Of a stretch of 64,000 nucleotides of DNA, positions 1 through 9,700 are shown in pieces (positions within the stretch are counted from its first letter, which is position 1; each line of letters starts with the position of its first letter). The stretch covers positions 2,976,001 through 3,040,000 of the forward strand of contig OZ220741.1 in NCBI GenBank assembly GCA_965116885.1. Direction: 5' to 3'. Made by a program: the position numbers and the translations under genes. Under the pieces are notes generated by a model. That model was not told where the DNA came from. It searched no databases and saw nothing but the letters and a program-made list of their open reading frames with translations. Origin of the DNA: Candidatus Latescibacterota bacterium. GTDB lineage: Bacteria; Latescibacterota; UBA2968.

Positions 1-1
1 C

Positions 2-259
2 ATTATTCGGGCGGGTCTGAGAAGTATTGGGCTGACGGTTTTCGGCGGTGTACACGCGCCTTATTTGTGGCTCAAGACTCCGAATGGTATGTCGTCGTGG
101 GACTTTTTTGACAAGTTGTTGTCAGAAGCCTATGTCGTGGGTACGCCGGGTTCGGGTTTTGGTCCTGCTGGCGAAGGTTATTTTCGCTTGAGTTCGTTTG
201 GACATCGAGAAGATGTCGAACGGGCAGTGGCGAGTATTCAGGCGAATTTGAAGATTTGA
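2..259 (+). CDS. dapL: LL-diaminopimelate aminotransferase, C-terminal part (truncated by window edge)
   Basis: Open frame from position 2: [31 protein letters not shown]...[20 protein letters not shown], typical DapL C-terminus. Confidence 0.85.
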   Translation: MIRAGLRSIGLTVFGGVHAPYLWLKTPNGMSSWDFFDKLLSEAYVVGTPGSGFGPAGEGYFRLSSFGHREDVERAVASIQANLKI

Positions 260-268
260 GGTGAACAG

Positions 269-1714
269 ATGACGCAGTCCAATCCAAACATCATTTTTAT
301 TCTGGCTGATGATATGGGCTATGGGGATCTGGCGTGCCAGAATAGAGAGTCTAAAATTCCAACGCCGAATCTGGACCGGTTGGCGTCGCAGGGGGTTCGT
401 TTTACCGATGCCCACGCGCCGTCCAGCGTTTGTACGCCGTCGCGCTATGCGATTCTTACGGGGCGGTATTCGTGGCGAACCCGGTTGCAAGGCGGCGTGT
501 TGTGGCCCTGGGATCCGCCTTTGATTGATCCGGGGCGAACGACAGTGGCTGCATTGCTGCGAGATCAGGGGTATCGCACGGCTTGTATTGGGAAGTGGCA
601 TTTGGGATGGCACTGGGAGACAAAGGATGGGCGTGCGGCTTATGAAGGCGCAGAATACGGGGTGTTGGGTAGAGATCATCGGTATGAATTGGGCAAGAAT
701 ATCGATTTTAGTAAGCCGGTCACAGGCGGTCCTGTAGAATGTGGATTTGATTATTATTTTGGCGATGATGTGCCCAATTTTCCGCCTTATACCTGGTTTG
801 AAAACGATCGGTTGGTGGATGCGCCAGTTGAAGAGAAGCCCGAGGAGATGTTTGGATCGCCCGGGGCTATGGCGCCGGGATGGTCTCTCGAAGCGGTGAT
901 GCCCGAGTTGACCCATCGCGCGGTTCAATATATTGAGGCGGCGGATGATCAACCGTTTTTTTTGTATTTTCCACTGACTGCGCCGCATACGCCGATCGTG
1001 CCAATAGATGAATTTAAGGGTATGAGCGAGGCGGGTGAATACGGAGATTTTGTGTGTGAAGTAGATTGGACTGTGGGAGAGGTGATGGCGGCACTTGATC
1101 GAAAAGGGATTGCCGAGAATACGCTCATTATTTTTACCAGTGATAATGGGCCGGAAAATTTTGCGTATAGACGGATTCAGGAATACGGTCATTACAGTAT
1201 GGATGGTTTGCGGGGGTTGAAACGCGATGTGTGGGAAGGCGGGCATCGGGTTCCGTTTGTTGCCAGATGGCCCGGTCAGATTGAGGCGGGCAGGGTTTGC
1301 GATGAGGTGATTTGTATGTCCGATTTTATGGCTACGGTGGCGGCGATAAGCGGCGCGTCTTTGTCGGAAGATATGGGTGAAGATAGTTATAATATACTGC
1401 CCGCGCTTTTAGATGAGCCTTTTGATGCGCCTATCCGGGAGGCGACTGTGCATCACAGCATTCGAGGGAAGTTCGCCATTCGGAAGGGCCGCTGGGTGTT
1501 GATTGATGCACCGAGTGGGGATGATAATAAAGAACCGGATTGGTTTGTGGAAGAACGCGGGTATGTGCCCCACGATCATCCGGGCGAACTCTTTGATCTC
1601 GAACGCGATCGGATTGAGCGATTTAACCGTTATGCAGAATATCCCGAGGTCGTTGAAGAACTCAAGACTTTGCTCGAAAAGTATAAGCGAGAGGGCCGAA
1701 GTGTTTCGCGCTGA
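269..1714 (+). CDS. Arylsulfatase (formylglycine-dependent sulfatase)
   Basis: PNIIFILADDMGYGD, CTPSR (CxPxR), GKWHLG, FTSDNG motifs. Confidence 0.93.
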   Translation: MTQSNPNIIFILADDMGYGDLACQNRESKIPTPNLDRLASQGVRFTDAHAPSSVCTPSRYAILTGRYSWRTRLQGGVLWPWDPPLIDPGRTTVAALLRDQGYRTACIGKWHLGWHWETKDGRAAYEGAEYGVLGRDHRYELGKNIDFSKPVTGGPVECGFDYYFGDDVPNFPPYTWFENDRLVDAPVEEKPEEMFGSPGAMAPGWSLEAVMPELTHRAVQYIEAADDQPFFLYFPLTAPHTPIVPIDEFKGMSEAGEYGDFVCEVDWTVGEVMAALDRKGIAENTLIIFTSDNGPENFAYRRIQEYGHYSMDGLRGLKRDVWEGGHRVPFVARWPGQIEAGRVCDEVICMSDFMATVAAISGASLSEDMGEDSYNILPALLDEPFDAPIREATVHHSIRGKFAIRKGRWVLIDAPSGDDNKEPDWFVEERGYVPHDHPGELFDLERDRIERFNRYAEYPEVVEELKTLLEKYKREGRSVSR

Positions 1715-1725
1715 GCGGTAGAGGG

Positions 1726-2667
1726 ATGAATTTTATGAGACGTATTTTTTGCATCCTGATTGTATTTGTATGGGTTGGCACGGTTGGGGCAGAGGTGCAG
1801 GTCGCATTTCGCTTTGAGGCTGTTTTTGGCGAAATAGGGGGTGGCGATGGACAGTTTCTCGATCCCGAGGGATTGACTCTGGATACGTCGGGCAATGTGT
1901 TTGTGGTCGATACCGGGAATGATCGCGTCCAAAAGTTGTCTCCAACCGGAACTTTTTTGAGGGCAGTGGGGGGACCGGGGTGGGAAGATGGGCAATTTAA
2001 TAAACCGGGTGGTATTGCCGCGAGCAAGGGGCTGGAGATTTATGTGGCCGATGGCCGGAATCACCGCATTCAGGTGTTTAATCTCAATTTGCGTCTTCTG
2101 GCAGTGATTGGTGGGGCGGATGCCGGTGGTTCTATAGATCTGGGTACGCTCAGTGGTATTGCGGTGTCGGATGCAGATGAGATTTTGGTGGGCGATATCG
2201 ATGCCGATCAACTGGTGCAGATCGATACGTATAGCCGCGTTGACCGCAGTTTTGGCGGGTTTGGGTATGGGGCTGGCAATTTGCGGCGGCCTTTGGGGAT
2301 TGCAGTAGAAGGGCGTGAGGTAGTTTATGTTTGCGATAGTGAGAATGATCGAATCGCGGTGTTCGACAGGTTTGGCAATTTCCAAAAGGGAATGGGCGAA
2401 GATGTTTTATTGCAGCCCGCGGCGCTGTGTGTGGGTCCTGAGCGGACGCTGATTGTGGCGGATACGGGGCACCATCGCATTGTGGTGTTTGATCTCGATT
2501 CTGGCGGTGTTGCAGGCTCTTTGGGTGGTCCCGATCCGGGAAAGGGGGCGATGGCGTTTCAGTTTCCCCGGGGTGTCGCACTTGGACGCGCTGGCAGGTT
2601 GTTCGTTCTGGATTCGGGCAATGGGCGCATTCAGAAGTTGCAAATACAGGTTTCAAGGGGGAAGTAG
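1726..2667 (+). CDS. Exported NHL-repeat beta-propeller protein
   Basis: Signal-peptide-like N-terminus; repeated F/LxxPxGIA...VxDxxNxRIQ units. Confidence 0.85.
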   Translation: MNFMRRIFCILIVFVWVGTVGAEVQVAFRFEAVFGEIGGGDGQFLDPEGLTLDTSGNVFVVDTGNDRVQKLSPTGTFLRAVGGPGWEDGQFNKPGGIAASKGLEIYVADGRNHRIQVFNLNLRLLAVIGGADAGGSIDLGTLSGIAVSDADEILVGDIDADQLVQIDTYSRVDRSFGGFGYGAGNLRRPLGIAVEGREVVYVCDSENDRIAVFDRFGNFQKGMGEDVLLQPAALCVGPERTLIVADTGHHRIVVFDLDSGGVAGSLGGPDPGKGAMAFQFPRGVALGRAGRLFVLDSGNGRIQKLQIQVSRGK

Positions 2668-2694
2668 GAGGTGGGAAGTAGGAAGTAGGAAGTG
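2660..2694. repeat. Heptamer tandem repeat (GGAAGTA-like) x5
   Basis: ggaagta ggaggtg ggaagta ggaagta ggaagtg; the start of the array supplies the NHL stop codon. Confidence 0.8.
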
Positions 2695-2755
2695 TAAGGC
2701 CGGGATGTTCCGCGGGGCGGGATGTCCTATTTTTTTTAGATGCGAGACGCGAGAG

Positions 2756-5700
2756 ATGAGTTTTAGCACCCTTCATATTGCTCGGGGCATTGTATTTTTT
2801 TTCTTGTGCGTTGTGACGGCACATGCACAGGTTCCCGTGCCAGAGAAGTTTACGCTGTTCGATGGGGAACGGGTGTTTCAAGCGGATGGTAGCCGCGGGC
2901 CTTTTTCGATTTCCGATCGCGCTATTGAGGCGGCGAGTGAACGGGTGTGGGTGGATGGGGTGTTGCTCGTTCGGGACCGGGATTATGTGGTGGATGCCAA
3001 TCGCGCGTTGCTGACGCTTTTGCGGGATGTTGCGCGGGGTGTGGAGATTGTGGTGCGTTTTAGGCAGCGTCCTCTGGTGACTGCACCTGTGGTTCAGCGT
3101 CGTCAGTTTCAACCGGGGGAAGGCGATGGAGATCAACCGATTGTGCGCGTGTTTTCTCCGCCTGTTGTGCGAGAAAGGGATGAAGAGCAGAAGTTGACGA
3201 TTGGCGGTCATAAGAGTATTTCTGTGACCGCGGGATCTCAACACGCGGTTCATCAGGCTTTGCAGTTGCGTATTTCGGGCGAGGTTGCCGAGGGGGTCAA
3301 TTTATTGACCGTGCTGTCCGATCGCAATTTGCCAATAGGCGAGCAGGGTGGATCGAAGCGGTTACAGGAATTGGATCGCGTGTTTTTTCAGGTTAATGCC
3401 AATCAGGTATCGGCTACGCTCGGCGATCTCGATGTGGCGTTTGACGGGACTGTGTTTGGGCGCTATCGGAGGCAGTTGCAGGGCGCGCGCGTGTTTGCCC
3501 ATCGGGAGAAGGGGCAAGTCGCGGCTTTTGGGGCGGTATCGCGGGGGCGTTGGGAAACGCGGCGGCTGGTGACGGTTGAGGGTTTTCAGGGACCTTATTC
3601 ATTGTCCGGTGGTGGGTTGAGGGGGCAAATTGTGCCGGAGTCCGAGCGGGTGTATCTGAATGGGCGATTGCTCAGACGTGGGGATGGGGCAGATTATACG
3701 ATTGATTACGAGCGCGGGCATGTGGCGTTTATGCCTGAGATACCAATTGGGGTGGAGAGCCGCGTTACAGTGGAGTATCAGGTGATTGATGCCGATATGA
3801 GAAGCCGGCTGATGGGTATAGAGTCCCGCGTGTCCCTCGCTGAGGGGATGTCTGTGGGAACAACGCTGATTCGAGAGTCTGATCGTCCGGCATTGTCGCC
3901 TGGAATAGCTTCAGTGCATCGGCAGTTGGGGGTGGTGTACGCGACGTACACGCCGTGGTCAAATGCGCGTATTTCTGGGGAGTTCGCTTTGAGTGATCGG
4001 AATTTGGGAAGTGGACGCGGGTTTCGCATGGATGGCGCGTGGAAAGCGCGCAATTTTGAAGTCACGGGCCGGTTTCGCCAGGTTGGGGCCAATTTTGAAG
4101 CATTTGAGCGATTGGATAGAGGGCGGGCAGCCGGGCGGTGGGGGTGGCAAGCCGATACTGCGCGAACTGCCCAACGCGAGGGTGAGGTGGCTGTGCGTTG
4201 GGATTTGGGCAAGGCGTTTTCTGTTGTCGGGGAATACGGACAGCATTTGGGGGCTGTGCTAACGGATCGGAAAAGTGTGGGGATTCACGCGCCTGTAGGG
4301 ATGTATCGCTATGAGTCACTCGGGCGCGGTAGCGGCGAGATGCGCCGGCACGAGGGTCAAGTTGAAGTGTCGATGGGAGGTGTTGTGCCGGGGTTTCGTT
4401 TTTCGCTGGAAAATGGGATGGGTGATGGGGTGGGTAGCAGTTCGCTTTTTTATGCCATACGTCCGCGTGTTTTGCCCCAGGGTGTTGACAAACAGGAGTT
4501 GGTGTGGCACATAGGTGTTGGCGAAGGGCGAAATTGGTCGTGGGTATCGGAGTTGAAATATCGGAAGTTCAGGCAGCGAGAAGCGGTGTGGCAGGATAGT
4601 TTGCGCGGGTGGTTGCACACCCACAGGGCGCAGATGACAAATTGGAAGGGTTGGATTTTTGCGGGTTCTTATACGCACGGAGAAATCCAGATTGGGCGCG
4701 AACATCAGCAGACGACGACGCATCTGGGACGCGTGCGGTTGGGACATAATCGTCCCGGCTCATCACATCAGATAACGTATCGCGTTTCGAGTACGCGGGT
4801 CAGCCAGCCCATTTTTGTCGAAGTGGCATCCGGGCTGGGGGAATATATCTGGGAGGATGCCAATGGCGATGGTTTGCGCGATGTGGAAGAGTTTGTACCC
4901 GATGTCGATGGCAATTATGTACGGGTTTATGATTACGGGCAGTTTGCACCTGCTCGCGATGGCGCACTGGGCATGCGCGTGGAGATTGATTTTCGGCGTT
5001 TGATTGACGATGAGCACTTTTTGTCCGCTGTCGCGCTGGATGCATCGTTGCGTGCAGAGCGGCAGATTGCGACTGGGGCGAAGCAGGCGGCTCCCTGGGA
5101 TCTGTTGGGTTTTGATGCGGATGCCGGGATTTTGGGCGCTCGCAGAGATGGGCTGGTGCGTCTTTATTTGTTTCGGTATCACAGGCGGGGATCGCTGCGT
5201 TTAACTGCGCGCGTGCGCGATCTGGTTAATCAGGCGTTTTACGGGGGGGCTGCCGAATTTTTTGTGCAGGGTGGTTTGTTGGGAAAATTGAGGCCTGTCA
5301 ATCGTCTTGAATTGGAGACGGAATTTGATCTCGGACATAGAGCGCGCGAGGGCGCAGGTGCTTTTGCCTATCGCATTGATGGGGCGAGCGGTGCGCTGCG
5401 CTGTGCCTTCAGGTCCGGGCATAAATGGTATTTGCGTTTGGGCATTTTGGGCGGGCGAGATTGGGAGGGGATCCGGGCGTTGCGCGTGTGGCATATCGGT
5501 GTTCAGCCAGAGGTGATTTACGCTTTGCCCGGTCGCGGGCGATTGCGCGGGCGGTTGGATTGGACGCGGGTTTGGGCGACGGATGTGGCGCCCTTATTTT
5601 TGGGGTTGGCAAGGGGTAATCGTCAGGGGCAGAACTGGGGATGGCGATTGGGGATGGATTACCGCTTTGGCAAATATGTATCGGCGCGTGTGATGTACGA

Positions 5701-5767
5701 TGGGCGCGTAAGACCTGCTCGTCAGACGATACATCTCGGGCGCGTGGAGATGCGGGCGGTGTTTTGA
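2756..5767 (+). CDS. Large exported/outer-membrane beta-rich hypothetical protein
   Basis: Signal peptide ending TAHA/Q; two VxxNG/DGxLLxR...DYxIDY modules; DANGDGLRD Ca-binding-like loop; amphipathic beta strands and terminal Phe. Confidence 0.65.
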   Translation: MSFSTLHIARGIVFFFLCVVTAHAQVPVPEKFTLFDGERVFQADGSRGPFSISDRAIEAASERVWVDGVLLVRDRDYVVDANRALLTLLRDVARGVEIVVRFRQRPLVTAPVVQRRQFQPGEGDGDQPIVRVFSPPVVRERDEEQKLTIGGHKSISVTAGSQHAVHQALQLRISGEVAEGVNLLTVLSDRNLPIGEQGGSKRLQELDRVFFQVNANQVSATLGDLDVAFDGTVFGRYRRQLQGARVFAHREKGQVAAFGAVSRGRWETRRLVTVEGFQGPYSLSGGGLRGQIVPESERVYLNGRLLRRGDGADYTIDYERGHVAFMPEIPIGVESRVTVEYQVIDADMRSRLMGIESRVSLAEGMSVGTTLIRESDRPALSPGIASVHRQLGVVYATYTPWSNARISGEFALSDRNLGSGRGFRMDGAWKARNFEVTGRFRQVGANFEAFERLDRGRAAGRWGWQADTARTAQREGEVAVRWDLGKAFSVVGEYGQHLGAVLTDRKSVGIHAPVGMYRYESLGRGSGEMRRHEGQVEVSMGGVVPGFRFSLENGMGDGVGSSSLFYAIRPRVLPQGVDKQELVWHIGVGEGRNWSWVSELKYRKFRQREAVWQDSLRGWLHTHRAQMTNWKGWIFAGSYTHGEIQIGREHQQTTTHLGRVRLGHNRPGSSHQITYRVSSTRVSQPIFVEVASGLGEYIWEDANGDGLRDVEEFVPDVDGNYVRVYDYGQFAPARDGALGMRVEIDFRRLIDDEHFLSAVALDASLRAERQIATGAKQAAPWDLLGFDADAGILGARRDGLVRLYLFRYHRRGSLRLTARVRDLVNQAFYGGAAEFFVQGGLLGKLRPVNRLELETEFDLGHRAREGAGAFAYRIDGASGALRCAFRSGHKWYLRLGILGGRDWEGIRALRVWHIGVQPEVIYALPGRGRLRGRLDWTRVWATDVAPLFLGLARGNRQGQNWGWRLGMDYRFGKYVSARVMYDGRVRPARQTIHLGRVEMRAVF

Positions 5768-5795
5768 GAATTAAAAATTAAAAATTGAGAATTAA
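5768..5795. repeat. Heptamer tandem repeat (RAATTRA) x4
   Basis: gaattaa aaattaa aaattga gaattaa directly after a stop codon. Confidence 0.7.
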
Positions 5796-5797
5796 AT

Positions 5798-5824
5798 GTA
5801 GGGGCGGTGCCCCTGTGCCCGCCC
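5798..5824 (+). repeat. GTAG-type REP element
   Basis: GTAG followed by imperfect palindrome gggcggtgcccctgtgcccgccc; related copies at 26536-26628. Confidence 0.7.
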
Positions 5825-5865
5825 GTCGTGCAAAGGTGCAGATGAATACGGATCAATACATAAAA

Positions 5866-7503
5866 ATGTGGCGGTATTTGTTTTTTGCGTTGTGGATAGT
5901 CTGTGTCGCGTCCAGCGCGGAGGGAGAGGTGCGTGTGATTGTGAAGCGCGTGCAGGTTGAAGGTGCGCGGTCTGTACGTGTGGGCGATGTGCGGGGTTGG
6001 CTGGTTACGCGGGTGGGCGTTGCGGTGGATTCGGCGTTGTTGCGAAAGGATGTTCACCGCATTTTGAAGGGGTATCAGGCGCGTGGGTTCTGGCGGGTGG
6101 CGGTGGCTTTTCCCAGGATTGCAATGCGGGGGGGCGACGCGACGGTGACTTTTGGAGTTACTGAAGGTGTGCGAACGCGGGTTGCGTCTGTGGAGGTGCG
6201 CGGCGATCTGGTCTTTGATCAATCGGAGGCTTTTGGTCTCACGCGGGGTATGGTGTTGCTCGAAAGTGATTTGGAACAGCGGTTGGATCGTTTGTTGCGT
6301 TTTTATGAAGACCGGGGCTATCCGTTTTGTGCATTGCGCCCAGATGTGCAATTTGATAGTGATAGCGCGCGCGTGCAGGTGGTGGTGTCGCCCGGTCCTC
6401 TGGTGCATGTCGATGTGGTGCGTTTTGAGGGCAATGAAACGACGCGGGAAGATGTTTTGTTGCGGCATATTTCGTTTGTTGCGGGCGAGGTCTATGACCA
6501 GCGGCGCGTGGATACTTTTGTGCGGCAGTTGCAAAGTTTGCCATTTATCGACCGGGTTTATACGCCTGAACTCGTATCTACCGGTGATGAGATGGCGCTT
6601 GTGATCGGTGTAGAGGAATCGCGTCACACGCGCATTGAAGGGGTGCTTGGGGTGGGGTCTGGACAGAGTTTGACCGGGGAGATCGCGCTCGATGTTCTGA
6701 ATTTTTCTGGTGGAGGACGAGAGGGGTACGCGCTGTGGTCGCGGCAAGGGGTGGGGTTGTCGAATTTGCGGGTTTCGTATCGCGAGCCCTATGTGTTAAA
6801 TAGTCCGCTTTCAGGTTGGGGTGCAGTGGAGATGGTTGCGCGCACGGGGTATGTGACGCATAGGTTTGGGGGCGGCGCAGATGTTGCTGTGGGTGAGGGT
6901 GCGCGGTTTTTTGGCGGTGTTGCACACAGGCGCGTTTTGCCCGATTCCGCAGGGCTAGGGTTTTATGAGACCGAGAGGATGTGGTCTCTCGATTCGGGTG
7001 TTCGATTTGATCGGCGAGGGCAGGCCCTGGGCGGTTGGAAAGCGGAGATCAGAGGAGAGATCGGCGAGGTTTCAGATGGGGTCCGGCGGGTGCAGTGGGG
7101 TGTTGATGGACAGGTGTTTTTGCCGGTGGGCAGGCAGTCTGTTATCGTGGGACGGGCGCGCGCTTTTTGGGTGGGACAAGAGGGGGATGTGCCGCAGTCT
7201 GCCGGTATCTGGCTGGGGGGCGCACAATCGCTGCGGGGCTATCGAGAAGAGATGTTCTGGGGAACAAATGCGGGGTGGGTCAATGTGGAATGGCGGTGGT
7301 TGTTGGGGCCGAAAGCGCGACTTTTTGCCTTTGTCGATGCGGGAAGGATCGCGGGGGCAGGGTCGCGTTCATGGCCCGTGTCCTACGGCCTGGGGCTTTT
7401 GGCAAATGGACGGATGGGCGCGGTTGGGATAGATTATGGATTGCCACGGGGCGAGAGTTTGGGGCAGGGTATGGTGCATGTGCGGATGGTCAGTGCGTTT
7501 TAG
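5866..7503 (+). CDS. Omp85 (BamA/TamA) family outer membrane protein with POTRA domains
   Basis: POTRA-like repeats (VxxVxVEG, YxxRGY/F, FEGNETTREDVLLR), LGGAQSLRGY loop-6 motif, FAFVDAG, terminal Phe. Confidence 0.85.
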   Translation: MWRYLFFALWIVCVASSAEGEVRVIVKRVQVEGARSVRVGDVRGWLVTRVGVAVDSALLRKDVHRILKGYQARGFWRVAVAFPRIAMRGGDATVTFGVTEGVRTRVASVEVRGDLVFDQSEAFGLTRGMVLLESDLEQRLDRLLRFYEDRGYPFCALRPDVQFDSDSARVQVVVSPGPLVHVDVVRFEGNETTREDVLLRHISFVAGEVYDQRRVDTFVRQLQSLPFIDRVYTPELVSTGDEMALVIGVEESRHTRIEGVLGVGSGQSLTGEIALDVLNFSGGGREGYALWSRQGVGLSNLRVSYREPYVLNSPLSGWGAVEMVARTGYVTHRFGGGADVAVGEGARFFGGVAHRRVLPDSAGLGFYETERMWSLDSGVRFDRRGQALGGWKAEIRGEIGEVSDGVRRVQWGVDGQVFLPVGRQSVIVGRARAFWVGQEGDVPQSAGIWLGGAQSLRGYREEMFWGTNAGWVNVEWRWLLGPKARLFAFVDAGRIAGAGSRSWPVSYGLGLLANGRMGAVGIDYGLPRGESLGQGMVHVRMVSAF

Positions 7504-7641
7504 TTTGCAAAAGAAAGCGCGAATAGACGAATAGACGAACCCCGCTCAACCACCCAAAGCATGTGCTGACATGATGTAAGTCAGTATTGCTGCGAACTCA
7601 GTAGCTGATAAACTGCTGGCGCAGTTGTACCCTATTCCGTA

Positions 7642-7682
7642 GATTCGCTGATTCGCTGATTCGTAGATTCGCTGATTCGTAG
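7642..7682. repeat. Octamer tandem repeat (GATTCGCT/GATTCGTA) x5
   Basis: Five units read directly; a related inverted array (GAATAGAC x2) lies at 7521-7539. Confidence 0.8.
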
Positions 7683-7695
7683 AAAGGAGAGTTTT

Positions 7696-9621
7696 ATGTT
7701 GAGCAGGATTCGCAGTATCATGTTGGTAACACTTGCCGCAGGTCTCATGTGGGGCTGTGGCGGCGAGCGCGGGATGGAGCCTTCCGGAGTAGATGAGCCG
7801 ATTGGACGTCCGCTGAGTAAAATGGCTGTAGCGGGTGGTGGTATGTCTCAAGCGACGGTGGTGGCGACTGTGTCGCAAGATGATGCGCCTGTGGCAGGTG
7901 CGATGGTCGAGTTTGCGCGTTCTGTTGCCGGGCAGGCTCCGGATTATCGGTGGTCGGGTATGACCGATGATATGGGGCGCGTTACGGTGGAGATATCCGG
8001 TCAGGTGAGTGGATATTATCAGGCGCGTGCGTCTCGGGATGGCTCTGTGATGGGGCGTTGGTCGAGTATCCCCATCAATGGAGGCTATACGTCAACAGTT
8101 GCGTTGCCCATTGGTGGACAGGCACAGGTGACGGGTACGTCTGAGCTCATATCAGTTGGTGTTGTTGTGTCTCAAACGGGGCGATTTTCATCAATTGGAC
8201 AAGGGTATATCAATGGCTTTGAAATGGCTCTTGAAGAAGTGAATTCACAACTGAGTGATGCGACTTTGAGGTTTATTGTTGAGGATGATCAGAGCACGAT
8301 AGAAGGCGCTACTGCGGCGTATAATAAACTCATTCATGAAGATGGCGTGCCAGCCATTCTCGGTGTTTATACTTCTACTATGGTGCGCGCGGTATTTCCC
8401 ATTGCACAGGAAAATGAGGTTGTGGCGATCAGTCCTACCTCGGCCGCACGCGGTCTCAGCGCGATTGGCGATTTTGTCTTTCGCGTCGCCCTTACCGTTG
8501 ATGCGTTAATTCCGGGCAGTGTAAAATTGACCCGGGAAAAACTGGGCTATGAGCGCGTGGCCACAATGTATCAAAGCATGGATGTTTTTTCGCAGAGTAG
8601 CGATGAGGTGCTAAAGCAGGCCTTCAGTGAGAATGGGGTCGAGGTTCTGACTACTGAGACTTTTGAAACTGGCGCTATGGATCTTTCCACGCAATTTTCC
8701 CGGATTGTGGCACTGAATCCAGATGCGATTTTTGTTTCGGCTATATCAGCAGGGCGGACACAGGCTCTGATCGATGGGGGACAACACGGCATTCCTATAT
8801 TGATGCCTCTGCTCACTATGGATGAGGTAGAACGCGCCGGGGAGGCAGCCGAGGGGGCAATTAGTTTTACGTATTGGAGCAGTACGGGCAATGTACCGGC
8901 CAATCGCGCCTTTGTTGAGAATTATATGGCGAAATACGACGGTGCCGAGCCGGGCCGATTCGCCGCCGTGTCCTACGCGACGGTTCATATTTTGGCAAAG
9001 GCTATTGCAGATGCCGGGTCCTCTGATTCGCGAGCGATTCGGAACGCATTGGCTCAGATCGAGAATTTGGATACGGTTTTGGGTGCGTTTTCGTTTGATG
9101 CCAATGGAGACGCGGTTTACGATCCGGCTGTTCTGATTGTCAAGGATGGGAAGTTTGAGGTGTTTGATACAAAAACTGCCTTGGCGACAATCGGCGAGAC
9201 GAACGAAAGCGGTGTGACCGGAAAAGCGGTTTTCACACAAATCGGCGATAATATCAAGCTCGTCGTCTCGCTCGCTAATGCGTCTGCAGGCGAACACGCT
9301 GTCCATATCCACGCAACTGGCGATTGCAGTGCGCCAGACGGGACATCGGCTGGCGGGCATTGGAATCCTACTGGCGTTGCACACGGAAAATGGGGAGAAG
9401 GTGAATTTCATCTCGGCGACATTGGCAATATGACTGTCGATGAGCAAGGCATGGGGAAGATTGAACTGACGACAAATCTGTGGGAGATGAACACTGGCTC
9501 AGACATAGATATTGTTGGAAAAGCGATCATCGTCCATGCGGGTGCTGATGATTTTGTCTCACAACCTTCGGGCAATGCTGGCGCACGCATCGGTTGCGGC
9601 GTGATTGAGTTAGGGCAGTAA
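7696..9621 (+). CDS. Lipoprotein fusion: small beta-sandwich + LivK/LivJ-like periplasmic binding domain + Cu/Zn superoxide dismutase domain
   Basis: Lipobox-like MWGC; type I PBP motifs (IVEDDQS, ILGVYTS, ISPTS, FRVA, FSFDANGD); C-terminal SodC motifs HAVHIH, C, SAGGHWNP, HG, HLGDIGN, IIVHAGADD, GNAGARIGCGVI; RBS AAAGGAG. Confidence 0.88.
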   Translation: MLSRIRSIMLVTLAAGLMWGCGGERGMEPSGVDEPIGRPLSKMAVAGGGMSQATVVATVSQDDAPVAGAMVEFARSVAGQAPDYRWSGMTDDMGRVTVEISGQVSGYYQARASRDGSVMGRWSSIPINGGYTSTVALPIGGQAQVTGTSELISVGVVVSQTGRFSSIGQGYINGFEMALEEVNSQLSDATLRFIVEDDQSTIEGATAAYNKLIHEDGVPAILGVYTSTMVRAVFPIAQENEVVAISPTSAARGLSAIGDFVFRVALTVDALIPGSVKLTREKLGYERVATMYQSMDVFSQSSDEVLKQAFSENGVEVLTTETFETGAMDLSTQFSRIVALNPDAIFVSAISAGRTQALIDGGQHGIPILMPLLTMDEVERAGEAAEGAISFTYWSSTGNVPANRAFVENYMAKYDGAEPGRFAAVSYATVHILAKAIADAGSSDSRAIRNALAQIENLDTVLGAFSFDANGDAVYDPAVLIVKDGKFEVFDTKTALATIGETNESGVTGKAVFTQIGDNIKLVVSLANASAGEHAVHIHATGDCSAPDGTSAGGHWNPTGVAHGKWGEGEFHLGDIGNMTVDEQGMGKIELTTNLWEMNTGSDIDIVGKAIIVHAGADDFVSQPSGNAGARIGCGVIELGQ

Positions 9622-9670
9622 TAGAAAAAGTTTTGTTAAACGGTGTGAGCGCAAATTAGTGTGCAAAATG

Positions 9671-9689
9671 GTTCAAATTTTGGGTCACA
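9671..9689. repeat. 19-bp direct repeat, copy 1
   Basis: gttcaaattttgggtcaca, identical to 13372-13390. Confidence 0.85.
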
Positions 9690-9700
9690 AATTGGGCCTT

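Noticed and set aside
122..1246. Long antisense and alternate-frame ORFs (also 2150-3253, 5722-6747, 33920-35272 and many others)
   Set aside because: They overlap well-supported genes, show no recognisable motifs and look like shadow ORFs.
9650..9668. Possible second sigma-54 promoter after paralog A (minus strand TTGCAC-ACTAAT-TTGC)
   Set aside because: It lacks the -24 GG, the spacing is off by one, and it would face a convergent gene.
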